Below, piece by piece: positions 26,248 through 37,937 of a stretch of DNA of 64,000 nucleotides. Source of the stretch: Lytechinus pictus (lineage: Eukaryota). Below the pieces are notes generated by a model, which was given only the letters and a program-made list of their open reading frames with translations, had not been told where the DNA came from and searched no databases. Location: the NCBI RefSeq assembly GCF_037042905.1, contig NC_087251.1, forward strand, positions 21,330,001 to 21,394,000, given 5' to 3'. A program made the translations under genes and the position numbers. Position 1 is the first letter of the stretch. Every line of letters starts with the position of its first letter.

Positions 26248-26546
26248 ATGGATTTGTTAGATTATTTCAAGAAAAGTAAAGTAGTATGAGTTAAAGGAAA
26301 ATTAAGCTTATGAAATGAACAAAGGTGAATTTTAGGAGTTTGATGGGCACGAATCGTGCGTGTATGGGCGTGGTCTTTAAATTGCGTGATTTGTTTACAT
26401 TTAATTATATTCAGTCAGATATATTTGAGTAAACATTTATAAAGCACTTTAAGAATTTGTGCGTTTGTAACCAAAATAATTTTGACTTGTTAAGACAATT
26501 TTTGGTCAGAAGTTTTTCATACGAACGAGGCTTAATTATGTGCAAG

Positions 26547-28786
26547 CATGGGCGGAAATCCCAGGGGGGACAGGGGGGACGTGTCCCCCCTACCCAAAAT
26601 AGTAGGGGGGACACACTATCAAATGTCCCCCCTACTATTTTTGGTATTTTACGATGGAGAAAAATGCATAATTCACATTTGAAATAATACATGTATTTTG
26701 GACTAAATGACCTTACATTTTGGGTGAAAACCTTCGTGTTTTTTTTTTTGGGGGGGGGGCTTGTCAAATTTTCCAGAGTGACTAAAATAAGATGAGGGGA
26801 AGACTTGGAAAATAAAAAGAATCTTTCATGTCACTATATGAAATTTTCGCTCGCGCTTCGCGCTCGCATTGCCTGTCAGGTGATTTTTCAATATGGAGTT
26901 TAAATATCAAGTTTGGAAGTCAATATACATTACACATTTCGGAAATCGAACTTTCATTATTTTGTGTGATTTACAAAGTGATTTTTAAAAAGTGCTCTGT
27001 AAAAGTGACAGCTTCATGGTCTGAATATTGACATTTTCTGCTCGCACTGAGCGCTCGCAAATCTCGATTTATTAAGTACCTATTATTTTTGTGTATTCCA
27101 TTTAGTTTGAAAAAATCAAGTCTGATAGTCAAAACGTATCAGATAGCGCTGGCTACTCGCTCGCATTTAATCGGCGATTTATGTATGTCTCAATATTGAC
27201 TTTCATGACAGTTTATCAAAGATTTTGGCTCGCGATTTGCGCTCGCATTAATGGTTAAAAAATATTTTGACCGATGCATTCTATTTATAATCACAAAATT
27301 GCTTGAAATGTCCAGCCTTCAGGCCATAATATCATCAGATTTCTCGCCCTCATTAGGCATTAATAAATAAGATATTAATAATTTAACGATTAAATTGTCC
27401 CATTTGTTTCATCTCGCACCTAGCAAGAGAAATAGGGAGATAGTCATCATTTTCATATGACATGTCCCAAGGATATCCCGGTCCTATGTCAAAACTCAAA
27501 TAACAATGAAAAATATCAGCTCTTTATTAAGTGCGATCCATATCAACCTCACAATTTTCCTACAAAGTGCTTGAAATATATATAGCTGAGATGGACTCTT
27601 TTTCAGATTTTTCATGATAAAAGAGGTGTAGAATGCCTAGATTCTAGGTCTAAATCTGAAACACGCGCATGTTTATTCAGATATTCAACTTGTTCTATAT
27701 TTAAATCATTATCCAGTTTCAGATCACAATATCAAAAATTTTCTGCTCGCGCTTTGTGCTCGCATTATTAATGTAGAAAGATCCCCTATTACTCATCCTT
27801 TTCATGATTTACAAAACATGAATAGAGTGTCCCGTTTTTAGGTCTAAATCTCGAATTTTTCTGCTCGCGCTTCGCTTGCATCAATTGGTTAGTTATATTG
27901 CTACCCTGTTCACGATTACGAAAATTGATTAAAATTTTCGATTCTTTTTGTAGAAATGTCAACAATTTTCAGCTCGCGATTCGCGCTAGCATTATTTGAT
28001 TGTTGAAATATGTAACGTCTTTATGGCTAAGTGCACGCAGTCCTTAACAAGTACCTTTTCGATCAGTTCAAATTAAAAAAACATTTTATGGCTGCACTTT
28101 GCACTCGCATTATTAATGTGAGGACCGGGTGTAAGGAAGGCCCCCAATTACTCATCCTTTTCATGATTTACAAAACATGAATAGAGTGTCTCGTTCTTAT
28201 AGGTCTAAATCTCAAAATAGTTCCGCTCGCGCTTCGCGTTCGCATCAATTGTTTAGTTTTATACCTATTACATGTTTCAGTTACAAAAAGTGCTTAGAAT
28301 TTCCATTCTTTAGGCAAAAATTTAAGCTCGCGCTTCGCGCTCGCATTATTTGATTGTTGAAATATGTAACGTATTCATGGCTAACCTTTTCCATCAGTTA
28401 ACATCTGCTCGCACTTCGCGTTCGAAGTAATTATTTAGTTGCATATACATCTTTTTCAGGATAACAAACATTGCCCAGAATGTTCAAATTTTAGGAAAAA
28501 TACATAAAATTTCCCCCCCCCAAAAAAAAAAAAAAATTTGCTCGCGCTTCATGCTCGCATTATAGATAAGGATTATGATATTATATATTTATGTTGAATT
28601 ATAAGAATAAAGCTAAAAAGTGGCCATGAGGACTACTCCTTCAATGAAACAAACAAAAATCATCTTCGAGCGGCCGATCGGGGATTAACATACGGCTGAA
28701 AAAAAAATTCGCCCCCCCCCCCATTGGCGAAGGCTGGATCCGCCCCTGTTGTCCCCCCTACCTTCCGGGACAGATTTCCGCCCATG
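26547..28786. mobile_element. Second copy of the composite hAT-type element
   Basis: TIR CATGGGCGGAAATC / GATTTCCGCCCATG with 8-bp TSD TGTGCAAG (26539-26546, 28787-28794). It is colinear with 13439-15855, but the inner left terminus is deleted. Confidence 0.9.
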
Positions 28787-29995
28787 TGTGCAAGGTCATG
28801 TCAGGGTCACTCGTTCCGTTTTTCGCACATTCAATTTTAGTGTGCAACCGCTAGCTAAAGAAAGCTTTCGGTCTATATTTTAGATTTTTCTGATAATGTC
28901 AAAATTGGGATAAATAATAATGAAACACCTTGGTAATTTATTTCTTACCGGACTTATTTGGATATAAGCTGAAGTTAGCAGACAAGTTTGCTGTCTGTTT
29001 ACCTTTTAAGGTAATTTTGTTCAGAATATAGAAATTACTAAGTGGGAACGCAAAGTTGATTTAAAGGTATATATTTAAGCAGTTCACTTTGATTTATTGC
29101 AAATATGTATGCATGTATTTAAGTTAGTCTTTTTCAAGACGTTAAAGAAAATGGACAAATTTTAAACTGGTTTTTCTATCGAGGAAAACTCGGATATTTG
29201 TTTATATATATTCGTTCTATACACCTGATATGAATGATAATTAGATTTATATTCCTTATTGTTTAAAAGAGATGACAATTTTGGGAATATTATGAAAACA
29301 TTTATTTTTGTCAAAGCATTGGACATATATTTATGATCCACTTCGTTTTCTTATGTTTATACAGATTGAATAATACACGGTAGTGAGCCTGCCTAACTAT
29401 CCAATTTAAAGCGGCTTTCCTAGCCTCTGTTATTTCGTAGTCTTCGACGATCCAAAAAGATTTTTAACTATTACATAAGTCAAGCGGGTATTACGCACGA
29501 TCCGGTTAGAAATAACCTTTGTGTCAATTCGAGAGTACTAATGGGTGTCAAAGTAAAATTATTTAATTATTTCTATCTCCATGGTAATACACTGTTCAAT
29601 AAGGCACCAATTAGGCATCGAAGCCGGTGATCGGCCGTGGGTTCCTTTAACAAAAAGTCTAAATATTGTATTGGATTAGTCAGTTGAATGATTATAACAG
29701 TCATGTACTCTGTAAAACTGATGTAAAATAATGGCATTTAATAATCGTGATGGCTTCAACTATAATTGTCATTATTGTGTGTATGGTAGTGAAGCGGGTG
29801 TTTCTCTTTCACATGCGATTAATAATCCTTAGAGCTTTTGAAATTAGATTACAATGTATAGTCACAACTTGATTTCAACATCACATTTGACAATAAAATC
29901 GGAATGAGAGATAGATAAGTACCACTTCACCATTTTCCACTTCGTACGTCATTTGATTATGATTCGACAGCAAGCTGCCTATATAACACGCTGTG

Positions 29996-30630
29996 TATTT
30001 CCACTCCTTAAAAAAAGAAAAAGAATATCATCGTTCGATCAGAGTCAGCGCTATACCTTTACAATAAACAATGTCATACTTGTAAATAAAGAGTTCAGTA
30101 TATGCTTACAATATAATGTTAATTCATATCGATGTACAGTTCATAATACAAATGATACTCCCTATTGTGGTGTCCAAATATATTTCGAAGATTTTTTAAA
30201 TAATTTGAGCGAACATGTTTCAACAAGCTTATTTCCACTCCTCAAAAAAGAAAAAAAAAAGAACTGGAGATGTTATTCTCACATTGACATCATCGTTCAC
30301 TCAGAGCCAGCGCTATACCTTTACAATAAACAATGTCATACTTGTAAATAAAGAGTTCAGTATATGCTTACAATATAATGTTAATTCATATCGATGTACA
30401 GTTCATAATACAAATGATACTCCCTATTGTGGTGTCCAAATATATTTCGAATAATAATTTGAGCGAACATGTTTCAACAAGCTTATTTCCACTCCTCAAA
30501 AAAGAAAAAAAAAGAACTGGAGATGTTATTCTCACATTGACATCATCGTTCACTCAGAGCCAGCGCTATACCTTTACAATAAACAATGTCATACTTGTAA
30601 ATAAAGAGTTCAGTATATGCTTACAATATA
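29996..30630. repeat. Tandem repeat of ~250-bp units, about 2.6 copies
   Basis: TATTTCCACTCCT and CAGCGCTATACCTTTACAATAAACAATGTCATACTTGTAAATAAAGAG recur in units starting ~29996, ~30230 and ~30484. Confidence 0.9.
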
Positions 30631-31317
30631 TTACGTTTGCATCACTTTTCTTTGCTGATGATGCAATGCTGATCATGCCTCATATTGCATTTTTTTCTAA
30701 ATAAAAAGACAGGTAACAGGTGGTCCATTCTTGCAAAGCTACACCACTGCCCCGCCGTTGGCTTTCTAACCATGTAATGCTAACAATTATCTGACAATGT
30801 CACCTCAAAAATGAGGACGGTCTAGAGCTATTTGGGGGATGGAGCTGAGCAAATTTTCTTGAGATATTTGCTAATATATTAAAAGATGTAACGAATGCTT
30901 GAATAACATAATATACATCTATACTAATCCAACTGGAATTTTGGCTGCATGGACCCTAAAGAGATCTTGTGTTAAATAGCGATTCATTATGAAATGTGAC
31001 TATGAGCCATAATTACATTCGTTTCAACCTATATGGAGTTATTTATTATTCAATTTGCTTTCAGAACATTCAATGATCTAGCATGATGAAATATACACGC
31101 CTATAAAAAAAAACCTTAATGATTCATACAAATGTTTATTAAATAAATATTTACATCAAATTGAATGATCTCAGAAAGGAGGTCTCTTAGATATCCTAAA
31201 GTTATAAATTCACGCAAACCAATCTAACACCGTCTAAAAGTAAACGTTGTATTCGTATGAGTTGATAACTCGGTAATATGCATATTTTTTTAGCCGAACA
31301 AAATTGAAGAAAATGTT

Positions 31318-32583
31318 TCATTTTTCAGGAATAGGGAATCCAGTCACGGTGGAATGGCAAGAGTTTGTCCACCATTCATCCCAATCGTTGACTAACGGTT
31401 TCCTTCCTCTCTTTCCTCTTTCACCCCGCTCCATTTCCTCGTCTTTTAATACTCGATTAACAACACTATCACAGAGAGCCTGGGGTTGCATGTTTGAAAA
31501 CTGTATATGTGATGTAACAGACCCTTCCTTCTTCCATTCAAAATATTCATTATACAGAGCATCGTTTTCACTGAGCTTCACCAGGTAAGCTGCCAGTGTT
31601 TCTATAGATGAAAAATCTGGAACAAATATGAAGGAATTTGGTGGAGCTACTCTGAGATAGTTTTCCTTTGGGGCTCCAAACACGATGGGTATCAAACCAA
31701 GAGTAAGCGAGGTGTACCAAAATTTTTCAGTGATGTAATCCTCACATTCCGAATTTTCGAGCGCTAGGTAAAACCTGTACTTCTGTAGACCACAGGTAGC
31801 CAGATCCTTACAAGCCATGGTTCCACAAGGGCCGTATTTATCAACTTCGACATGTCGCGCCAATGCATTCACAAACCCTGTGCGATCATAGCTTAATGTA
31901 GAAGGGTGGCAATTAGTAGATACCCAAGCAACCATTTTGTCTTTATTTGCCGCCCAGTTCGTGTTGTCATTCTTTTGAACCAAAGACGTTATTCTATCAA
32001 AATGACCATATCCACCATCAGGGAGATATGCATCTGTCTCCGTTACCCCTTTCCTATATGTCATGATGTAATCATAAGTTTTATTTCTATGTTCTGGTGG
32101 TGGAATTACACGGTGGTTGGTGTGGCGTGGGCTCTCCGATGTCCAGAAAACCCACTTCTGTCTGTCCGATTGATGCTCAAGAAGGTCATACCAATTCCAT
32201 TCTGACTTGTAAAACAAAATTACGACGTCACTGGCAGCAAGTCTGGTCAGGTTGCGACCATGTTCAATCTGAACACCACAAGAAAGGCCAGGACAAGAAA
32301 ACCTACCAGTTTCCTTGAATATCAGGTTGACATGAAATGTATCACGTTCATCCAGCCAAGTATAAACAACTTTATAGCACAATGGATTTTTTCCTCCTGC
32401 AGGCGTGGCTGCCTCGTAATCTACCATGCCTGAAATGCTCCGAGTGAAGTTGCCGTCGAGATAGGAGCGATGTATAAGGTTTTTCTGGGGATGCGTAGGT
32501 GTCATTGTGCGTAGTGAAATTACAATCCATATTACCGAAATGTTCAGTCCAAAGATTATGAATATCTTCTTCAAATGAGGCAT
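31318..32583 (-). CDS. Alpha-(1,3)-fucosyltransferase, GT10 family, type II membrane protein, 421 aa, uninterrupted CDS
   Basis: N-terminal KK plus hydrophobic anchor; SDVVILF, QKWVFWTSESP, MTYR, VAWVSTNC, VDKYGPCG; GT10 signature YRFYLALENSECEDYITEKFW; IPIVFG, PPNSFI, YNEYFEW. A candidate splice acceptor lies in the 5'UTR at 32769-32770. Confidence 0.95.
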   Translation of the reverse strand: MPHLKKIFIIFGLNISVIWIVISLRTMTPTHPQKNLIHRSYLDGNFTRSISGMVDYEAATPAGGKNPLCYKVVYTWLDERDTFHVNLIFKETGRFSCPGLSCGVQIEHGRNLTRLAASDVVILFYKSEWNWYDLLEHQSDRQKWVFWTSESPRHTNHRVIPPPEHRNKTYDYIMTYRKGVTETDAYLPDGGYGHFDRITSLVQKNDNTNWAANKDKMVAWVSTNCHPSTLSYDRTGFVNALARHVEVDKYGPCGTMACKDLATCGLQKYRFYLALENSECEDYITEKFWYTSLTLGLIPIVFGAPKENYLRVAPPNSFIFVPDFSSIETLAAYLVKLSENDALYNEYFEWKKEGSVTSHIQFSNMQPQALCDSVVNRVLKDEEMERGERGKRGRKPLVNDWDEWWTNSCHSTVTGFPIPEK

Positions 32584-32989
32584 CGTAAAATAGTAGCGAT
32601 GTTATAAGGTTTACATACAAACAAGCCACATTCGCATTAGCATGGGATACGTATATGAACGTTATCAGTGCACAAGTGAAAGTACGTATATATCAGCTAT
32701 ATTAGCTCCCGCGGATCATTATGGTTGGATAAGCAGATTGGAGGGATGCAGGTCAGTGATCAAGTGGGCTGTAAAATACTTTTATCAAAACTCAGTCAAG
32801 CTTTTCGCAATGGAATGACAAACACCGGACCTTTCATGGTTGAATAGGGTCCATGGTTGGATATTAGAGCAAAAGAAGTTAACGAAATTCGATTACAGAA
32901 ACCAAACCAATCGACCACGTGCGTTTTTTGTTGTTTTTAAACTTAACCGTGTTGTTGATTTAAATGTTATTCTTTCAAGATTTCATTTA

Positions 32990-33225
32990 CACTGTTAAAA
33001 ATAATCTAAAAAACGTTGTTTACTAAGTTAATCGCACAGCAGTTGTTGTTTAAACAGTTTAAACAAGTTTTTAAAATCTTAAACAACCATGCTTGAATTA
33101 TTGATGATTCCATATTTGAATTTAAACTTTGTTGTGAAAGATTATAAACACTTGTTTAAAATGTTTAAACAACTACTATGTGATTCAAATAGTAAATAGC
33201 GTTGTTGAAATAATTTTCAACAGTA
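32990..33225. mobile_element. Small MITE with CACTG..CAGT ends upstream of the fucosyltransferase
   Basis: TA|CACTGTTAAAAAT ... ATTTTCAACAGTA|TA, with internal inverted GTTGTTTAAAC motifs. Confidence 0.6.
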
Positions 33226-33756
33226 TAGGTTTCTGACCATTGTCAAATTTCATTTTGGCCATACTGTTCTGTTGTATACCTGCACATGCTTAAATATTCA
33301 TAAGGGGTAAAATAAGTAAATATGAAGCAAAGGGTTTATTATTCAACTCATTTAGATGTGTAGCTTTAGAATACTGGTTTTGAACTTTACGTTATTAAGT
33401 AATCATCGTCTTTTTTTTTATGAGAAGCTTTTAACGTTGACCGAATTGGTATTGTTTGTTCTTTTCTAACGTTCATGGTAACTTAAAAGTTTTATCTCAA
33501 ACTTAAAAAAATTTCATGCCGTCTGAAGAAAACAGCTATGAATTTCTTTGAATGACAAGTCCATCCAAATTTCTCTCCGATAGACCCATCACTTATTAAT
33601 GTTCGTTCATCCAATGGATGTCCATTGTTTGCCGTTCACCCAACTCACGGAATCGGTTAAATATATCAGCACTGGACATAAAATAATGCATGCACGAACA
33701 GATTTGCAGGTCAGGAGTCTGGGTGGATTTACATCCGCCATTATTTCGACCGACGG

Positions 33757-34115
33757 CATAGGCGGCGGAAGTGGGGGGGGGGGGGGGAGGGGTCCTGTCC
33801 CCACCTAAATTTGAGGTGGGGGATGGTCCCCCCCCCCCCAATTTTTTTGTTGATAACCTTTCTTTTTCTTATTTTTTGGTTGTCAAAAAATTTTGTGGTC
33901 CCCCTAGAATTTTGGTTGATACCCTTTTTTTTTTGCTTCTCAATTTTGTTTCCCCCCTAAATTCAGGTGGACCCCCTTAAGATTTGTGTGGTCCCCCCTA
34001 AAATTTTGGTTGATGACCTTTTATTTATTTATTTTTTTTTGCTTGTTAAACATTTTACCTGTGTCCATCCCAAAGTTTCAGGTGGACCTGAATTTTTTGG
34101 CTTCCGCCGCCAATG
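33757..34115. mobile_element. hAT-type MITE
   Basis: CATAGGCGGCGGAAG / CTTCCGCCGCCAATG; exact 8-bp TSD ACCGACGG. Confidence 0.9.
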
Positions 34116-34125
34116 ACCGACGGTA

Positions 34126-34260
34126 ATGCTACAGTCACATTTCCCCTACGACGACGAGTCGAAAACAGCCGCTTTCTTCAAAACCATCTATATGTAGCTT
34201 GTACAAAAAAAAATCAAAACGGCTGTTTTCGACTCGCCGTAGAGCAAATTCGACTGATGT
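34126..34260. mobile_element. Short hairpin MITE (same family as 58012-58176)
   Basis: CGAGTCGAAAACAGCCG / CGGCTGTTTTCGACTCG inverted pair. Confidence 0.7.
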
Positions 34261-34331
34261 ATGAACATGGTAAAGGGTACTCCATTATGTATAATGCTGC
34301 CATTACATTCGGGTCGTCAGGTACTAAAGAT

Positions 34332-35924
34332 CAGTGGCGTAACAGGCGGGGGGGGGGGCAGGGGGGCAAGCTGCCCCCCCTGGCGGATTTCACCGGGAAA
34401 ATAAAAGAAAAACGGGAAAAATAAAAAAAGGAGGGAGAAAGAAAGGGAAAGGGGAAGGAAAGGGGAAAAGGAAAGGAGGAAAAGGAAAGGGAAAAGAAAA
34501 CGAACAAAAAAAATCTTTTTTTAATGGAAAAGGAAGGAAAGCGGGAAAATGTACGAAAGAAGAACATTTGAGAAAGAACAAATCATTCCGAAATAGGCCT
34601 ATGTAATACAATAGCACGGTGGGAAATAAATTAAAAGATGACAAAGTGGCAAACAATAGCGGGAAACGAAGGTAAGAGTGTAATTAGTCAAAAGCTAAAC
34701 TGGAAAACTAAAAAAAGGGACAAGAACAAAAATAATAACGCGACCGGGCTGCCGATGATTGAAATTAAAGAGCGGGAAGAAAGATGGACTGCATACAGCA
34801 TTGTGCTATAAGCTTGCTAAATTTTATGCAAATAAGCTACCGGGGCTTTGCCCCAGACCCAACGCAGTAGGGGCTGCTCATTAACCTTCAAATGGCTCTA
34901 TAACGCCCCCCCGTTCAATCACTGGCATACAGGCGCGGGGGGGGGGGGGGGGGGTCTTGGTTCCAGCCCCAAGAGGAAATAAAAAAAATTATAGGAGACA
35001 ACGTATAATGATATGAATGGAAACAAAGAAATGTGTTATTTGCTGAATATAATGGAAAAACCTATCACATAATTAGAATTTGATTTCAATAGGCAATTTT
35101 TTCCAGCTCGCTTTGCACGCTGGCGACTTTTTACAAATTTTTTCCACATTGCTATGTTTTGTCCCCTCAAAATATTTGGTTCATTACGCAACTGGGTTGA
35201 ATAAATGTGTTAATTGTGTAAAAGCTATATTCTGTATAAGCCCGCGATTTGATTAAAATAGCGGCAAACTGTGAGGTTTAACGGCTTTGATATAAAAAAG
35301 TTCCGGGGGCTCCGACCCGGACCCCAACCGCACAGCACTGCGTATAGAAGGGTTGGGCCATGGCCCAAAAAAGTTCTACAAACAAGAACAAAAAAAGGAG
35401 GATGAAAAGCAAAGGAAAAGTGTAGGATATGAATTTATTTACTGAATATAATGTCAAAAAATAGCTCAAAGTTAGATTCTCATGAAAAGGTGATTTTTTC
35501 TCGCTCGCTTCGCTCGCTCGGGACTTATATAAAGCAGTTTTTTAGCACATGCGCTATACTGCGCCCATCGTTTTTTTTTTTTACTCTTCACGCTACTACC
35601 GCAAAGAATCCTGTTCACAGTGGCGCACAGACCACAAAAAAAGAATCTAAAGAGAGAAGAGTGAAATATATTATTCTCTGGATATCATTTCAAAATCTAT
35701 CACAAAATTGGATTTTTGCATTAAAAAGGTCAAAAAATTTTGCTCGCTCGCTTCGCTCGCTCGCAACTTTTTTTTAAAAGATAAATTCTGCCCGATACGC
35801 AATATCTGGCCTTCTAAAAAAAGTCGCCTCATTACACCATTACGCCTGTTCATACCATGATATGACCGGGAAATTTTGGGCTCTTGCCCCCCCCCCCTGG
35901 CCACCGACCCCTGTTACGCCGCTG
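34332..35924. mobile_element. Non-autonomous hAT-type element
   Basis: CAGTGGCGTAACAGG / CCTGTTACGCCGCTG; exact 8-bp TSD CTAAAGAT (34324-34331, 35925-35932). Confidence 0.9.
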
Positions 35925-37352
35925 CTAAAGATGTACATTTCAAAATTGCAAAATTTGTTTCATCTATATGATTATTGACATGTATACTTTTTTATTACAT
36001 GGTATATTTTAAAAAGTTTTGTACCACTTATGAGTGCAGAACATACTGATAGTTTTAAAGCTAACATGGATTTAGGGTCTTTCGCAACAATTCTTATTTC
36101 GGGGAAGACCTGTCGAATATTATGTGTTATGACATTACGAAGCAATCAGTCATATAAAGTGTCTGAGACATTATTGACAATTTTTATTCCTCTGTAAAAT
36201 ATCAAACTTCACAATGGGGGGTATGATATGTCCTGATTTCAAATGATAGTTTCACTGACCCTATGAATCAAATTATAGTTTCACTGACCCTATCCATAAA
36301 TCTGTGTTTTTGGAAGCCAGTTTTTCACCTCCAAAGGAACTATGCCATTCCCATTGCTCGATTGGAATTCAATTTTTTTTTCTTCAGAATCGTACATGTC
36401 ACCTGGAATCAGTAAACTATTGTCCGATTGTTACCACATCCTTCGCTCAATTTTGCCACCTTGACCATTCGCTCAAACGGTATAGTTTAATGACCATTTC
36501 ACAGCGGCAAATTAACATTGGTAAAAAGACGGAAAATTCACGTTAAATGAGTGGCTCATGTTGTTTGCTTGTGTGAGTAAAATTGTGCTTTGATTCCAAA
36601 CAGGCAGGTACACTCAATATTTAGTGACGTAACTGTGGTCATTTTGTCACTTTTGATCCAAAATGATAAATTTTATTTGTCATGTTTGGAAGTGTCGTGT
36701 GCAGAGTCCTGACTTGCGCCTGGTAATCAGAGGGTCGTGGGTTCAAAATAATCTCATCGCGGACTATATAGCGTCCTTTGGTACGACGAGCCGTGGCGTC
36801 AACCCGGCCATGCGCTCAATTTTCTGACTATTAGTTATTTACCGGGATTGTAAAAACAAAAGTGTAATCTATAAATTGATAAATTATCAGATCTCAAATT
36901 AAAAAGGAACAGAGCAAAGACAAAAAAAAAGATGCGCACCGCCAAATAGACTTAACCGCAACTGGTATACAGACTGGAAATATCTAGACATTAAAATAAG
37001 GGGGGGTAGCAAGATCTTAAATTGATCCAGTTAGAGTAGTAGGCATTATGAATGTGTGTTGGTGATTTATTCCATTGAATTGGGGCAGAAACAGAGAAGG
37101 TTAGATCAGTGGCGTATGAAGGAAAACGGCGCCCGGGGCAAGTGGTGAAATCGTGCCCCTAGAGAGAGAGAAAGAGGGGAATACACTTTTAACACATTAC
37201 CAGTCATTTCCCACTGCATTTAAGCAGTGAAGGTCGGGGAAATCTAATTGTTTCAGTATTTCTATTTCTACTGTAAAGTTGGATATGGATAAATAATATT
37301 TCTTACATACCAAATATATACTCTAAAAATGAAGTGCTAATTTAGCATTTAA

Positions 37353-37900
37353 AGGACAAGTCCACCCTAAATAAAATTCAACAAGCATAACACTGACAAT
37401 TTCATCAAAATCTGATGTAAATAAGAAAGTTATGACATTTTTTTAATTTCACAAAACTGTTATATGCACATGCTGGTCCGCTGTATGCAAATGAGGGAAC
37501 TGATGACGCCATCAACTCACTATTTTTTTTTTGTATTTTAATATGACTGTGAAATATAAAATATTATAATTCTCCCCTGACTCGTCATGTGAAAGAAAGT
37601 TTGGTTCCTCTCTGAACATGTGGAATTACAATTGTTTTAACATTTATGGTTCAATCAAGTTGGTCCCTTTTGTCAAATTTGTATAAATTGAAATATTGTA
37701 TAATTCAAATAATAAAAAAAAAAAAAAGAAATAGCGAGTGAGGAACATCACTGACTCTCTCATTTACATGTAACTGACTTGCTTAAAAAATTATTTCATG
37801 AAAAATAAGCAAAACTTAACTAGGTGAAATTTTCAGCGCTATGCTTGTTGGATTTTCTCTATTGATTAAAATCAACATTTTTCTAGAGCTGACTTGACCT
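37353..37900. mobile_element. TTAA-flanked MITE (Kolobok-like) nested in a CACTCTAAAAA-type MITE
   Basis: TTAA|AGGACAAGTCCACC ... GACTTGACCT|TTAA. Confidence 0.8.
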
Positions 37901-37937
37901 TTAAGAAGCATAATGTGACTACACTTCGGAGTGCTGA

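Noticed and set aside
36688..36790. tRNA gene near AATCAGAGGGTCGTGGGTTCAAA
   Set aside because: Only a B-box-like remnant with no cloverleaf; at most a decayed SINE head.
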